A stretch of DNA of 64,000 nt from Haliotis rubra (Eukaryota). Under the pieces are notes generated by a model. That model saw only the letters and a list, made by a program, of their open reading frames with translations. It was not told the origin of the DNA and did not search any database. Shown piece by piece: positions 1 to 10,020 of this stretch. The DNA is taken from assembly GCF_003918875.1 (NCBI RefSeq), contig NW_025767635.1:1426001-1490000 (forward strand). Direction: 5' to 3'. The number at the start of each line of letters is the position of its first letter. Position 1 is the first letter of the stretch. The position numbers and the translations under genes were made by a program.

Positions 1-29
1 CCAGGAGGTCCGCTTCCGAGTTACCGTCT

Positions 30-1300
30 GTGCATGCAGTGAGGGAGGAGTGGATCAGAATAAAGGAACTGGAGCGACTTGTTGCTAGATTTGACCATGA
101 ACCATGTATGACCGATGTCTATGCCAATGAGGAGCGTTTACAGGCAGTGACTGCTGCAATATCAGAAATGGAACTAGATGACTACTATGACATTGACACT
201 GATGAAGAGCTGAGACTATGGAATTACCTGCTAGAGCTTCTTCACACTCGTTGCATGAATTTGGAGTTGACACTGAGCCTGCAGAAGATCTTCCAGGAGA
301 TGCTGTGCAACTTGGACTGGATGGAAGGGACCACAGCCTGGCTTACATCTGAGGGTGATGGTTGGCACCTGATGGAGGTGGAGGAGTTGCAGCAGCGACT
401 ATTGGAAGCCTGACATCCATGTAGTGGCAGAGAAGGTGGAAACTGTGAACAGTTCAGCCTCCCGTTTTACTGAAGCGACTTGTGGGACTTCTGTGACCCT
501 GATGTGGGAAAAAGCTAATGCTTATTTTGGGGAATCGGCTTATGATGAACTGAAAAAACTTGTTGAGCAGAGAGCGATCTCGTGTGGAAGAGGATGCAGC
601 TCTACAGGAACATGAAAGATGAGGAAGGATGGATCAGGGAGAAGAAACAACTTATGTCATCACTTGACTTTGGACTTAACCCACCAGTACTTCGCCTGCT
701 GCTGAACAAGCATGACACGATGGAGGAGGAGATGAATGCCCGCCACAGCCATCTCCAGTCAGTACTACAAGTGGGAGACATCCTCGTTGCTGCAGGCAAT
801 TTCTGTGCTGACAAGATTCAGCAACACATCAATGAGGTCAAACAGCAGTGGCGCAGCCTGGTGGACCTAAGCTGATGAAACGAGCTTGAAAGAAAGCGAC
901 TGTTTGTTGCCATGGATTTCCACCCAGTTCGTTGATTCTGGCAAGGTGGCGCCTTGACACTTGGATGAAGGACACTTTACAACTAGGGTCCATGGAAGAC
1001 GTGATTCAAGATGATGAGGCCAGTGTTCAATCAGCTTTGAAGCAGAAACATGGAGGAGGTGACTGAGGAGCTCAAGAGCTATCAGAATGTTATTGTGAAC
1101 CTGCATAAGCAGGCCATCGGTCTGGGAGAGGAGTACTGTGAATGTCATTTGGTCAGGAGTCGATTGAATAATATTGACTATTGTTACCAGAGACTTCTGG
1201 AACTCGCTGAATGGCGGAAGCAGAGACTGGTTAATGCACTGTATCAGTACAAAGTCCTCATTGAGAGTGAAGGTGTGGAAACAATGATTGATGAGAGTGA
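30..1300 (+). pseudogene. Intronless beta-spectrin fragment (about spectrin repeats 1-6), broken by stops, frameshifts and internal deletions
   Basis: ORFs 30..413, 582..875 and 1050..1610 match beta-spectrin as I recall it: LERLVARFD, LRLWNYLLELL...LQKIFQEML..LDWME, EEGWIREKKQLMSS, LLELAEWRKQRLVNALYQYKVLIESEGVETMI. The pieces are collinear and no introns lie between them. Confidence 0.85.
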
Positions 1301-1422
1301 ACACACTCAGGATGATGCAGTCCTGGACCTCGGGGATAATGATGGTTCAGTAGACTTGGATGAGGGGGATGTTGTAGATTTTGAAGAAGTGAGGGAGGGT
1401 TTGACTGTCCCCGAAGTACCCT

Positions 1423-3462
1423 TTGTTCCTGCCCTTGCTACACCTACTACACCAGCAAATATCAAGACTGTTCCTCCGGCAGTCAAATCAACGCGTTCTG
1501 CAGCAGCTAAAGCGACACGATCACCCACCCACCAAAAGTGCTTTGGCAGCAAAGTCACAGGCGACACAGGGAGTTCCTGCTGGGAATGCTACTCGATCAT
1601 CTTCACCTAAAGTAGCGGTATCAGCAAACACAGCAACAGAAAAAGGGAACATTCCTAAGCATCCGGTCACTCTGTTCGACCAAACAGATGATTCTTTTGA
1701 GGTGAGTCTTGATGACACTCAGATGAATGAGATTGTTGCGGACCAGAAGGAGAACGATGGAGAAAGAAAGACTGCTGACAGAGACACCTCAGCAACAACT
1801 GATGAGGTTGTGAGAGGTTGCGGAGAGAATATCAAAGCGAGAACAGGGGGCTTAAGCATGATAGCAGAAGGGGGTCTACCCCCCTGGCCACCAGATGGCG
1901 CCCTAGTGAGCTGTGGTAAGGAGGATGCAGATGGTGTTCTCCTCAGCAACACAGGTCTGAACGTTAAATGTTTGCCGCTGTGGATACCCGACGGTCACAC
2001 CAGGGAGGGTGGTCAATCTCCCGTTTTGGAGATGGGGGCTTCGATAACAGGTAAGGCACGCCTCCAAATGGATGGAGAGACGAACCGGCAGGACGTGCTG
2101 GTGGCACAAATCAGCAATCAGCTCATCCTGGGACTTCACTTAGCCGACAGGCACTGCACAAACATTGATGTGCAACCAGGGACAGTTACCATTGGCGGGT
2201 GTGAGATCCCGGTAACGTTCAGGACCAGAGAGTCTGTTGTATGCCAAGGGGCCATTCCAAGGGCAGTGTCGTGTGGACCGCACACAGCTACCAGACTACC
2301 ATGCCATGACCATGTTGACAGTCAAGAGTTGAACCAATCCCCGGTGGAGCCTGTTTCAGAAACCAGGCGGTGTGCATTAAGTTTGGGGAACCTACATCAA
2401 GGGCAATGCTCTGCTTTGGTGTACTTGATCAACACGGCTGACCCCTTAGTGAAGGTACACAAGGGTCAGCACATTGGCAATGCAGTTGAAGACAGACAGG
2501 GTGAGGAGACCAACAGCGTTATCTGTAGGGCCTCTTCCATTGCGAAGGTAGGGGAGGGTGTCCTACGGAAACTTCCATTGCTAGACATGCCCAACGAGAT
2601 GGACATGTGTATTTTGGACACAGACGGCTCTGGCCTAGCTGTCAGGATTGAGCTACCCTTAGGGCAAGAGAGAGGGGCCAGTTGTGGTCGTTGCTCATTA
2701 ACCCTAGAGCAGCGGGGGTATGGCCAAACTCACAAGAAGATGCTGGTGGATGTTCGCCTTCCAAGACAGTATTGCCACTACCTGTTGGGGCATTATTTTC
2801 TGATGCGGATGGACCACAACAGTTGGAGGTGGTCGCTTAATTTCGAATCGTCTGACAGACAGCTGGCCTGCTGGCCTGAGACACTGAGCCCTTATGACAT
2901 GAAGGTTGAATATCGTCCAGGGACCAAAGAAATGGCCGATGAAGCAGACTGTGACAGCTGCCAGAGGTTGGTTGAGTTACACAAGCTCCCATGCGGGGGC
3001 TGTCAAAATGCTCGCCAACGAGGGGATCAGTTCCACAAGGACGTAGAGTACATCCTTCCATTAGCTGGCCGACCTTGGACAGTCAGGGGGGTAACAGGGG
3101 TGGAAGATAACAGCTACTTGGGAGAGATCCCTACCAGGTGGGACCCCGGTGGGATGAGCAAGAATCAGGCAGAAGATCAGGGGCATTCTCTTGAACAGAG
3201 TGACCCCAAATCCTACCCGGAGAAGATTCACACTGATCCCAAGTGTAGGACAGTTGTGGGATTGCACCCCAGAGTGGGCGCCAATCTGGTTGTGAGGCGT
3301 GCCCGCCTGCCGCTTCGCTCTTTGGCGGGGCGTCCTCTGCGTGGTGGGGCTAGACGACACCGCAGAGGCCAACGAGTGGAGAGGACAGGAAAAAGTTTTG
3401 AGGGAGCTGGCACCGAACATCCCGGCTGGGTGCCCGGTAGTGGTATGGGTTCGTGGGCCTGA
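1423..3462 (+). CDS. Chimeric degenerate Gypsy pol ORF: protease remnant, linker, RNase H and TatD N-terminus; RT and integrase cores absent
   Basis: 679-codon ORF with RNase H at about 2608-2925. No YxDD RT motif and no integrase DDE region. The ORF runs into DPKSYP...GLHP (TatD-like). Confidence 0.65.
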   Translation: MFLPLLHLLHQQISRLFLRQSNQRVLQQLKRHDHPPTKSALAAKSQATQGVPAGNATRSSSPKVAVSANTATEKGNIPKHPVTLFDQTDDSFEVSLDDTQMNEIVADQKENDGERKTADRDTSATTDEVVRGCGENIKARTGGLSMIAEGGLPPWPPDGALVSCGKEDADGVLLSNTGLNVKCLPLWIPDGHTREGGQSPVLEMGASITGKARLQMDGETNRQDVLVAQISNQLILGLHLADRHCTNIDVQPGTVTIGGCEIPVTFRTRESVVCQGAIPRAVSCGPHTATRLPCHDHVDSQELNQSPVEPVSETRRCALSLGNLHQGQCSALVYLINTADPLVKVHKGQHIGNAVEDRQGEETNSVICRASSIAKVGEGVLRKLPLLDMPNEMDMCILDTDGSGLAVRIELPLGQERGASCGRCSLTLEQRGYGQTHKKMLVDVRLPRQYCHYLLGHYFLMRMDHNSWRWSLNFESSDRQLACWPETLSPYDMKVEYRPGTKEMADEADCDSCQRLVELHKLPCGGCQNARQRGDQFHKDVEYILPLAGRPWTVRGVTGVEDNSYLGEIPTRWDPGGMSKNQAEDQGHSLEQSDPKSYPEKIHTDPKCRTVVGLHPRVGANLVVRRARLPLRSLAGRPLRGGARRHRRGQRVERTGKSFEGAGTEHPGWVPGSGMGSWA

Positions 3463-3830
3463 GGGGGATGAGCTGGCTGGATCATCCCACACCCGGGTCA
3501 TCCGGGTGTTGAAGGAATGCCTTCCCCAAGATAAACCCTTGGTAGTCCCCAACTTCACCAGAGAGGAGGGGACGGACCAGGAATGGTTGGAGGGGTTCTC
3601 ACAATCTTGTTTCAGTTTCACCTCCCGGGTGGTGGAATTTCCCCAGGGCCAGATGGTGTGGTTAAGGGCGGTGCCAGAGGATAGGGTGCTGATGGGGACA
3701 GACTGTCCCGACACTGGGCCGGGAAGGTTGCACCCTGAACTCCAGTGTTGCTGTGCTATGTGACGCAAGTGGTAGCAAGAAAGAGGGACTTCTCTTGACC
3801 ACAAACGTCAACGCGGCTCGGCTGTTCACT
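3193..3830 (+). pseudogene. TatD-family (TIM-barrel nuclease)-like domain, frameshifted and with substituted metal ligands
   Basis: TatD-like motifs in order across frames: GLHP; VVGLD (GExGLD); PVVVWVR (PVVxH.R); PNF (HCF); WLEGF; VPEDRVLMGTDCP (IP.DRLLLETDxP); C-terminal TTNVNAARLF at about 3798-3827. Confidence 0.7.
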
Positions 3831-4317
3831 CTGGGGGACGCCGTGGGTCTCATCCAATGGTAGGGTGAGGCTCGTGTAATGCCTAATGTTTTCTGGGCTC
3901 CACCCAAGACGGGGGTGGGGTCTGTGTGCGCCAGTAGCAGCCAGTTGGCCCCACCTAATGGCTAGGTGGGGTTGGATGGCCTTTGGCAGGTCATCAGTGT
4001 CGCTCCGAAGTGGAGTGGGACTTTCCTAGAGACTGTAAAAGACTGCGGGTCTTACTTGATGGTACGAGTGGGACCTGAACCCTATATGATATGGACGATT
4101 GGTCCCACCGAGGATACGGTGGAATCCACACCAGAAAGCCGGAAGCTAGGTGCTTGCGGAATCAGGGTGACTGAGGGGAGGACCCCTTGGTGTGCCGCGC
4201 AGAAAGGATACCCCTCGGGAGACAGTTACGAGAAGACCCCTTGGCTGAGGACGGCATGGTGTACTTCCTATGGAGGGTGTACTTCCTGTGGAGGGGGCCT
4301 TTTAAAACGGGGAGGAA

Positions 4318-4545
4318 TATGGTGATCACCGGTCACCCTTGCTAGAGATGGTGCTAATGACCGGTGTCGGGAGGTAATAGGAACAGCCGGAAAAACAGCG
4401 AGTCTATGCCAGCCATTCTGTGAGTACACAACGCCTTATCTGGGGTCTACCTAAATCCTTAGGTTAGGGCTATATTACCGCAGAGTGCGAGCCATAGCTA
4501 ACTCCATAGGTGTTCCGCCGTAGTGGTGAACTAGTTTTCACTACA
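4318..4545 (+). repeat. Putative 3' LTR of the Gypsy-type element
   Basis: Follows the PPT directly. TATGGTG at the start is a two-mismatch inverted match to the terminal CACTACA. The sequence becomes AT-rich after 4545. The partner LTR is not in the window. Confidence 0.55.
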
Positions 4546-4932
4546 GTACCAAAAATAAAATCAACCTGTGGAACAATGACCAAGACCAACAATAAAACTA
4601 TGATTAAAATCAGTATTTAGTTAAAACAAAAGGATCAAAGCACAAAAGCGATTAATTGAAACCATCACATGTCATTATCAAAGTAGAGTGTCATTTCACA
4701 TATGAGATTTCTAACCTTTCCAAGCAGAAACAAATTCTGAAATATTTTTTCACATCTTGTAGCAGATGGGAGCCCCTCCCGTGTTAAGTCACAAGCCGTT
4801 TTGGGGGAAACGAGCGCGGTGTTGGTTATTGTGTTGCACTTGTCCATCAGTTGTATTCCAGTCGTTTTTCGTTTACCAACAACGTGTATCATTATATTTC
4901 AATACAAACAGTGTGTCATCAAACATACATAC

Positions 4933-5100
4933 CTTGCTTCTCTTCGACCTCTTCTCTCGCTGCTTCTTGTCATCATCGAAGTCGAAGCTTGGTGGCTGCG
5001 CTGGCGACTTGAAACCGAACGCAAAAACAAGGAAAGCACAGAAAACAACGCCTAAAACTGGCAAAGCAACGTGGAGAGACACCACCTCCGTGACTTCCAT
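4933..5100 (-). CDS. First coding exon of a single-pass membrane protein (N-terminal TM helix, then a basic/acidic segment); remainder lies left of the window
   Basis: MEVTEVVSLHVALPVLGVVFCAFLVFAFGFKSPAQPPSFDFDDDKKQREKRSKRSK, 56 codons, ending at a phase-0 AAG|GTATGT donor (4932-4931). Confidence 0.75.
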
Positions 5101-5149
5101 TTCAAAACAATGTCATTTACTGCAAGATACTTGATAAAGACAGTAAAAT

Positions 5150-5430
5150 ATGGGACAACAGCAAAGTAAACCAATTTTCTATCACCACATGCTGACGTAG
5201 CTACTGCTGATCACGTCATCACTTTCTGTGTGCTTTTGAAGCAAATACAAAGAAACCACAATTTCTTAAAATAAATCATACAAAGTATTTTTAGAGTGTT
5301 TATCGTTGAAAATAATGTTCTAGCTTTTAACTTTGTAGAATTAGGCCTATTATTGCACTGACACATTGCGCTCTATTTATGACGTCATCACAGTGGAAGT
5401 TCAATATGGCGTCGTTGGTGTTTTGGCAAG
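5150..5430. promoter_or_regulatory. Bidirectional promoter between the membrane-protein gene and OSER1, with probable OSER1 exon 1
   Basis: Head-to-head arrangement. Palindromic CRE TGACGTCA at 5380-5387, CRE-like half-sites near 5193 and 5211, ETS-like GGAAGT, YY1-like AATATGGCG, and donor CAAG|GTGATA at 5431. Confidence 0.6.
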
Positions 5431-6429
5431 GTGATAATCCGAACATTCTTTTCTGTAAATGATGCATTTGACACGTGCTTGACTGTATTATGTTCTTGTT
5501 TGATACAGTGTAAATGTAAAATTGATAACACTATGTTAAATGTATAAATATTAAATTTATGCAGGCAATATGCGCAGTCGAAATGATGAATCACTCTGAC
5601 CTGCTTGATCTCCTGGCCTATGATGTAAACAGACGAGGAAATCACATATTTTGATAACTCTTTTTAAACATAGTTTGTGTAACATATTTTCTCTTGGTTT
5701 AGACACAGTAATGGCAATAATCATGTCACTATCTTTGATGACTTTCCATTGACTGAGTGGCCAAATGTACGATGAGAGGCCAAGGGTGTGTGTTTAGCTT
5801 ATATTTATAGTTAGTCGACCTGTTTATCCTAGATAGAGGGAGTAACACGTATTCAGTGGATGGATCATTATCATTTATCTACCTGTCACTAATAGGTTTT
5901 AGATTCTAAAGGTTTCGTTGAGAATTTTAAGCATTGTCATGTTTCAAGCATGTTTTGAGAATATCCTTCAAGATGTATGTTTTTTATTTAATGTTCCTAC
6001 TGTGTAATGGTGACCAAGAGAAAACCATATTTAGTAATTACCTCCCGCTCCATGTGTGTACATCATCACAAGAATATAACAGCATCCATAGAAACTTAAA
6101 AGAGAAGATCACACAATATTTTACTATGAACACATTTTTGTTACACAGTTTCATGACATGATAGATAGTTATAGTTTCCAATAACATCACAAATGTATGT
6201 CATTGTTTAAATACAATAGTACTGTAGTAGTTACCAGTAAGCATCCATGTTATTATATTGCTGATTTGTTATGACACTGTTTCAGTATGTTGCCAATTAC
6301 TATACATGCTAATGCTGAAAAGTTGTCTTTTGTGTAAAAATTTGATCAGGATAAATATAACTTTATATTTGGCTGAAATTATTAACCTGATTAAATTGCT
6401 CACAGGAGATTGAGAATTGTTTGGAGAAA

Positions 6430-6515
6430 ATGACAAAAGAAGAAGAAAGCGAATGCAGTGACAGTGAACCCGGCCTCCACCTGGCCCTAAAGAAACTCAA
6501 GGTGGACCCAAACTG
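6430..6515 (+). CDS. OSER1: OSER1 coding exon 1
   Basis: Acceptor CACAG at 6405. MTKEEESECSDSEPGLHLALKKLKVDPN resembles the OSER1 N-terminal L.xAxKKLxVD motif. Phase-2 donor TG|GTAAG. Confidence 0.85.
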
Positions 6516-6737
6516 GTAAGCTGATGTTGTTATATTTTAACAAATCTGCAGCCAATGTCAGTGCTTTGATTAATAGTTTGCCAATTTATGTAGTCTTATA
6601 ATCAATTAAATCAATGTAAAAGCTTTGCAGATGTGACTTTGGAGCACCTTTAGAATACAGCACCACAACTTCTCATGCGGACAGTCTCTGTTGTGGGTCA
6701 CATGTTACTAACTCAATCAACCAGTTTTGTGAGAATA

Positions 6738-7045
6738 GGTCTCGGGTTCGATTCCCAACCGCGTCATACCAAAAGACGTTAAAATATGGTACTTGTTGGT
6801 CCCTGCCTGGCGCTCGGCATTAATGGGTACAACAAGGACTGGTCTGCTCGGAGTCAGTATAATGTGTCTGAGTTGGGTATAAATTCTTCACTGTGGCATG
6901 GTATCTCAGTGGGCTAGCACTATAAACCCAGCTTCAGTCTGGGCTAGTACAAGCAGCCGCACATACACATACACACGCATGCACGTCGTCATATGAGCGA
7001 AATATTCTCAAGCACAACGTTAAACCCAATTTCACCTCACCTCAC
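6738..7045 (+). mobile_element. tRNA-derived SINE, 5'-degraded, with a conserved core and (CTCAC)n tail
   Basis: B-box GGTTCGATTCC, core GTCATACCAAAAGACGTTAAAA..GGTAC..CCTGCCTGGCGCTCGGCATT, and a 3' AATATT...CGTTAAA tail ending in CACCT repeats. Confidence 0.65.
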
Positions 7046-7086
7046 CGTCAGACGCGAATCCATGATCTTCTGATTGTTAGCCTTAC

Positions 7087-7282
7087 TGAAAAATCTATCA
7101 GGGCACTTCTCAGTCAAGTGGTTGTCAACTTCAAGGCAAAACAGGACACGTGCTCTCATCTCTCGTGTATTACCCATAATGTACAGTACCAAAAGAAAAA
7201 ATCCGGAAAAACAACACAGTCCTCAGTTAACCGGACGAGTCGCAGATAAATTGAAATCCGGGCATAGGGATGCTTCTCGACA
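7087..7282 (-). repeat. BEL/Pao 3' LTR
   Basis: Direct repeat of 13299-13494 with one A/G difference (AAAAGAAAAA versus AAAAGGAAAA). Confidence 0.95.
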
Positions 7283-7368
7283 GCCGCCCCCAAATTTGAC
7301 ACAAATTTGAAAATAAACGATTACCTAATAATGTCTCTATTATCAGCACAGGACATGTCCATGATCTG

Positions 7369-10020
7369 TTATTCGTCAGGGCACACAGGTAGTAGGATAA
7401 GTCGACAGACAGGTCTCAGGATCCGCTGACCATCAACCTGAACAGCAGCTGATCGAATCCTACCGTCAACCCCTGGGAAAGTCTCATTTACTCTACCGAC
7501 TTGCCATGCAGCTCTAACACTCTGCGGGTCTAAGGCCATCACAACATCTCCACACTCAATGTCCTTATGATCCTTGCGATCGTTCTGCCATTTCTGCCTC
7601 AACTGTAGCTTGGGTAAGTAGTCACGAATAAAATGTTTCCAAAAATGATCAGCAAGAACTTGACTGTGCCGCCATCTGCAGCGACCAAGTATCTCGTCTT
7701 CTGGATACACAACCTGTGGCATAGAACTGTCTCTGCGACCGTTCAGAAGTATGTTTGGAGTCACCGGGTCAATGTCACTTACATCTGACGACACATAACC
7801 CAAAGGCTTTGAGTTTAGGATTCCTTCTACTTCGGCCAATACAGTCTGGAGTACTGGTTCTGTGACACTTTGATCTCCGAGGGCAACTCTAAGCCCATAC
7901 TTCACAGATTTAATTTCTCTCTCCCATACACCTCCAAAGTGTGGGGCACTTGGCGGGTTAAAGTGGAAGCGAATCTTCTGTTTAGCAAGTTGTGTTGTTA
8001 ATGATGGCACCATTACTGCCCATGCCTCATTGAGTTCCTTGACTCCTCCTTTGAAATTGGTTCCATTGTCTGACCAAATCTCAAATGGCTTCCCTCGACG
8101 AGCTATGAAACGCCGTAGTGCCATCAAGTAGGCATCAGTGTCCATTTTGTCAAGCAGGTCGATATGAACTGATCGGGTTGTCATGCATTTGAATATGATA
8201 CCCCATCTTTTCTCCAAACGTCGTCCAACTGTTACGTGCATAGGTCCAAAGCAATCAGTTCCCGAGGAAAAAAAAGGCGGTTTGAAGAGTCTCAAGCGTG
8301 CTGGTGGCAAATCCGCCATTTTGGGAACTTGTGGATTTGCCCGCCATTTCTGACAGACTACACACTTTCTCTGGTGGGAACGAACAGCTTCTCGTCCTCG
8401 TAAAATCCAATAACTTCGCCGAATCTCGGCAAACACACGCTCCGCTCCACAGTGTAACAAGTCAGTGTCATATTTGCTGATGAGCAGACGGGTTGTCGGA
8501 TGTTTAGGGTCAAGCACAATAGGGTGTTTGGTGTCATCTGAAAGTTCCTCAGAGCGACGGAGTCGTCCACCAACACGGATTAGCTGTAATTGCTTGTCGA
8601 ACACAGGGTCGAGCTGCATTAGTCGACTCTTTGAAGGTAATCTCTCACCATTCTCAAGTGCTGCAAGATCACCAGGGAAACATTGCAATTGTACATCTCG
8701 CAGTAATTGCAGTTCTGCGGCTTTTCGCTGTTCAGCAGGTTCGGCCGCCCCATCAAAACCCTCCATGGTTTTTGTCACAAGTTCATCCCAACTGGTACAT
8801 TCAGCTGGATCTACTGTCTTCAGATCTGATACCACAGCATTAGCACAGAATGTTGACTTCAGCTCCACTGTGCCATCAATTATCTCAGAACCTTCTTGGT
8901 CGGGCCACTTATGGCGTGGCAATGACAGGAAGGGTGGACCTAGTTTCCAACGTGAGTCCACACTGAGTTCTGTGAGTGTTTTCCCTCGTGTGACGTCATC
9001 TGCTGGATTGTCCTGAGTGTCCACATAGTGCCACTGTGTCACGTTAGTTAGGGTCTGAATCTCTGATATCCTAGTACCGACAAACACTTTGTATCGACAC
9101 GACTCAGACTTCAGCCATGTCAACACTGTTGTGGAGTCGCTCCACAGAATCACATTGGCAATTGGAAGGATTATTTCTTTCTGGAGCACACTTGCAAGTT
9201 GTGCACCTGTCAAAGCAGCACATAATTCAAGTCTTGGAATTGACTGTTGACGTTTTGGTGCCACTCTGGAGCGGGACTGAACGAAACTCACAAATATCTC
9301 TCCATCTTCAGTCTCTGTTCTCAAGTAGGCAACGGAACCATACAATCTCTCAGAAGCATCACAGAATACATGGAGTTCTCTGGATGCAGTTCTTGGGTCA
9401 ATGTGCAACGGTGTATAACATCTGGGTAACCTGATGTGTACTATGTCCTTCAGTTCACTTTCCCAGACTGCCCACAGATCACGTAGGGTTCCTGATTCTA
9501 GTGGTGCATTCCAGTCCCTTTTCTTGTTCCAAAGGTCCTGAACAATGCACTTTGCTCGTGCAGTGTATGGTGCGATGTACCCAAGAGGGTCGTATTGACT
9601 GGCCATGATCCGGTAAATGACCCTCATGCTCAAGCAGTCATATGGTATGTCCCTGTACTTGAAGCTCAGTTCATCAGATTCACAATGCCATCTCAGACCA
9701 AGGGCACCCTCACAGGGCTGACAATCATCAAGGGTCAACCACAATTCACAATCCGAGGACCTGTCTTCAGGAAGCACTCCTGATACCACATCGGACATAT
9801 TACTTGCCCATTGTCTGAGATGGAATCCTCCTTCGTCGAGCACGGAACTCATTCGGTGGACAAGGTCTTTAGCTTCAGCTATGGTAGGCACACTCTGGAG
9901 GCAATTGTCAACATAATAGGCATTTGCGATGGATTGGTAGACATTTTCATTTCCATCTCTGTGATCAGTTACATGTTTCCTGAGTGCGAAAGTAGCACAA
10001 CAAGGGCTACATGTTGTTCC
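7369..10020 (-). CDS. BEL/Pao RT C-terminus, RNase H and integrase, separated from the upstream ORF by a 1-nt frameshift
   Basis: GTTCSP, YVDN, FCDAS, IPRLEL, WSDS, NPAD, CVVC, DCFGP, SDNGTNF, GGVWERE. Confidence 0.93.
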   Translation of the reverse strand, partial: GTTCSPCCATFALRKHVTDHRDGNENVYQSIANAYYVDNCLQSVPTIAEAKDLVHRMSSVLDEGGFHLRQWASNMSDVVSGVLPEDRSSDCELWLTLDDCQPCEGALGLRWHCESDELSFKYRDIPYDCLSMRVIYRIMASQYDPLGYIAPYTARAKCIVQDLWNKKRDWNAPLESGTLRDLWAVWESELKDIVHIRLPRCYTPLHIDPRTASRELHVFCDASERLYGSVAYLRTETEDGEIFVSFVQSRSRVAPKRQQSIPRLELCAALTGAQLASVLQKEIILPIANVILWSDSTTVLTWLKSESCRYKVFVGTRISEIQTLTNVTQWHYVDTQDNPADDVTRGKTLTELSVDSRWKLGPPFLSLPRHKWPDQEGSEIIDGTVELKSTFCANAVVSDLKTVDPAECTSWDELVTKTMEGFDGAAEPAEQRKAAELQLLRDVQLQCFPGDLAALENGERLPSKSRLMQLDPVFDKQLQLIRVGGRLRRSEELSDDTKHPIVLDPKHPTTRLLISKYDTDLLHCGAERVFAEIRRSYWILRGREAVRSHQRKCVVCQKWRANPQVPKMADLPPARLRLFKPPFFSSGTDCFGPMHVTVGRRLEKRWGIIFKCMTTRSVHIDLLDKMDTDAYLMALRRFIARRGKPFEIWSDNGTNFKGGVKELNEAWAVMVPSLTTQLAKQKIRFHFNPPSAPHFGGVWEREIKSVKYGLRVALGDQSVTEPVLQTVLAEVEGILNSKPLGYVSSDVSDIDPVTPNILLNGRRDSSMPQVVYPEDEILGRCRWRHSQVLADHFWKHFIRDYLPKLQLRQKWQNDRKDHKDIECGDVVMALDPQSVRAAWQVGRVNETFPGVDGRIRSAAVQVDGQRILRPVCRLILLPVCPDE

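Larger units (their letters stand above)
1..4545 (+). mobile_element. Degenerate, internally deleted Ty3/Gypsy-type LTR retrotransposon (5' part outside the window) carrying beta-spectrin and TatD-like sequence
   Basis: Gypsy RNase H motifs in ORF 1423..3462 (CILDTDGS, RQYCHYLLG, RMDHNS, QLACWPETLSPYDMKVEYRPG); protease-tail-like LILGLHL..ID; polypurine tract AAAACGGGGAGGAA (4304-4317) directly before a 228-bp segment bounded by TATGGTG...CACTACA. Confidence 0.8.

Noticed and set aside
30-1610. Functional beta-spectrin gene
   Set aside because: Stops, frameshifts, internal deletions, no splice signals joining the pieces, and direct fusion to retroelement sequence.
7074-7310. Duplicated small ORF (also 13298..13507)
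   Set aside because: It is only the antisense translation of the two BEL LTRs.
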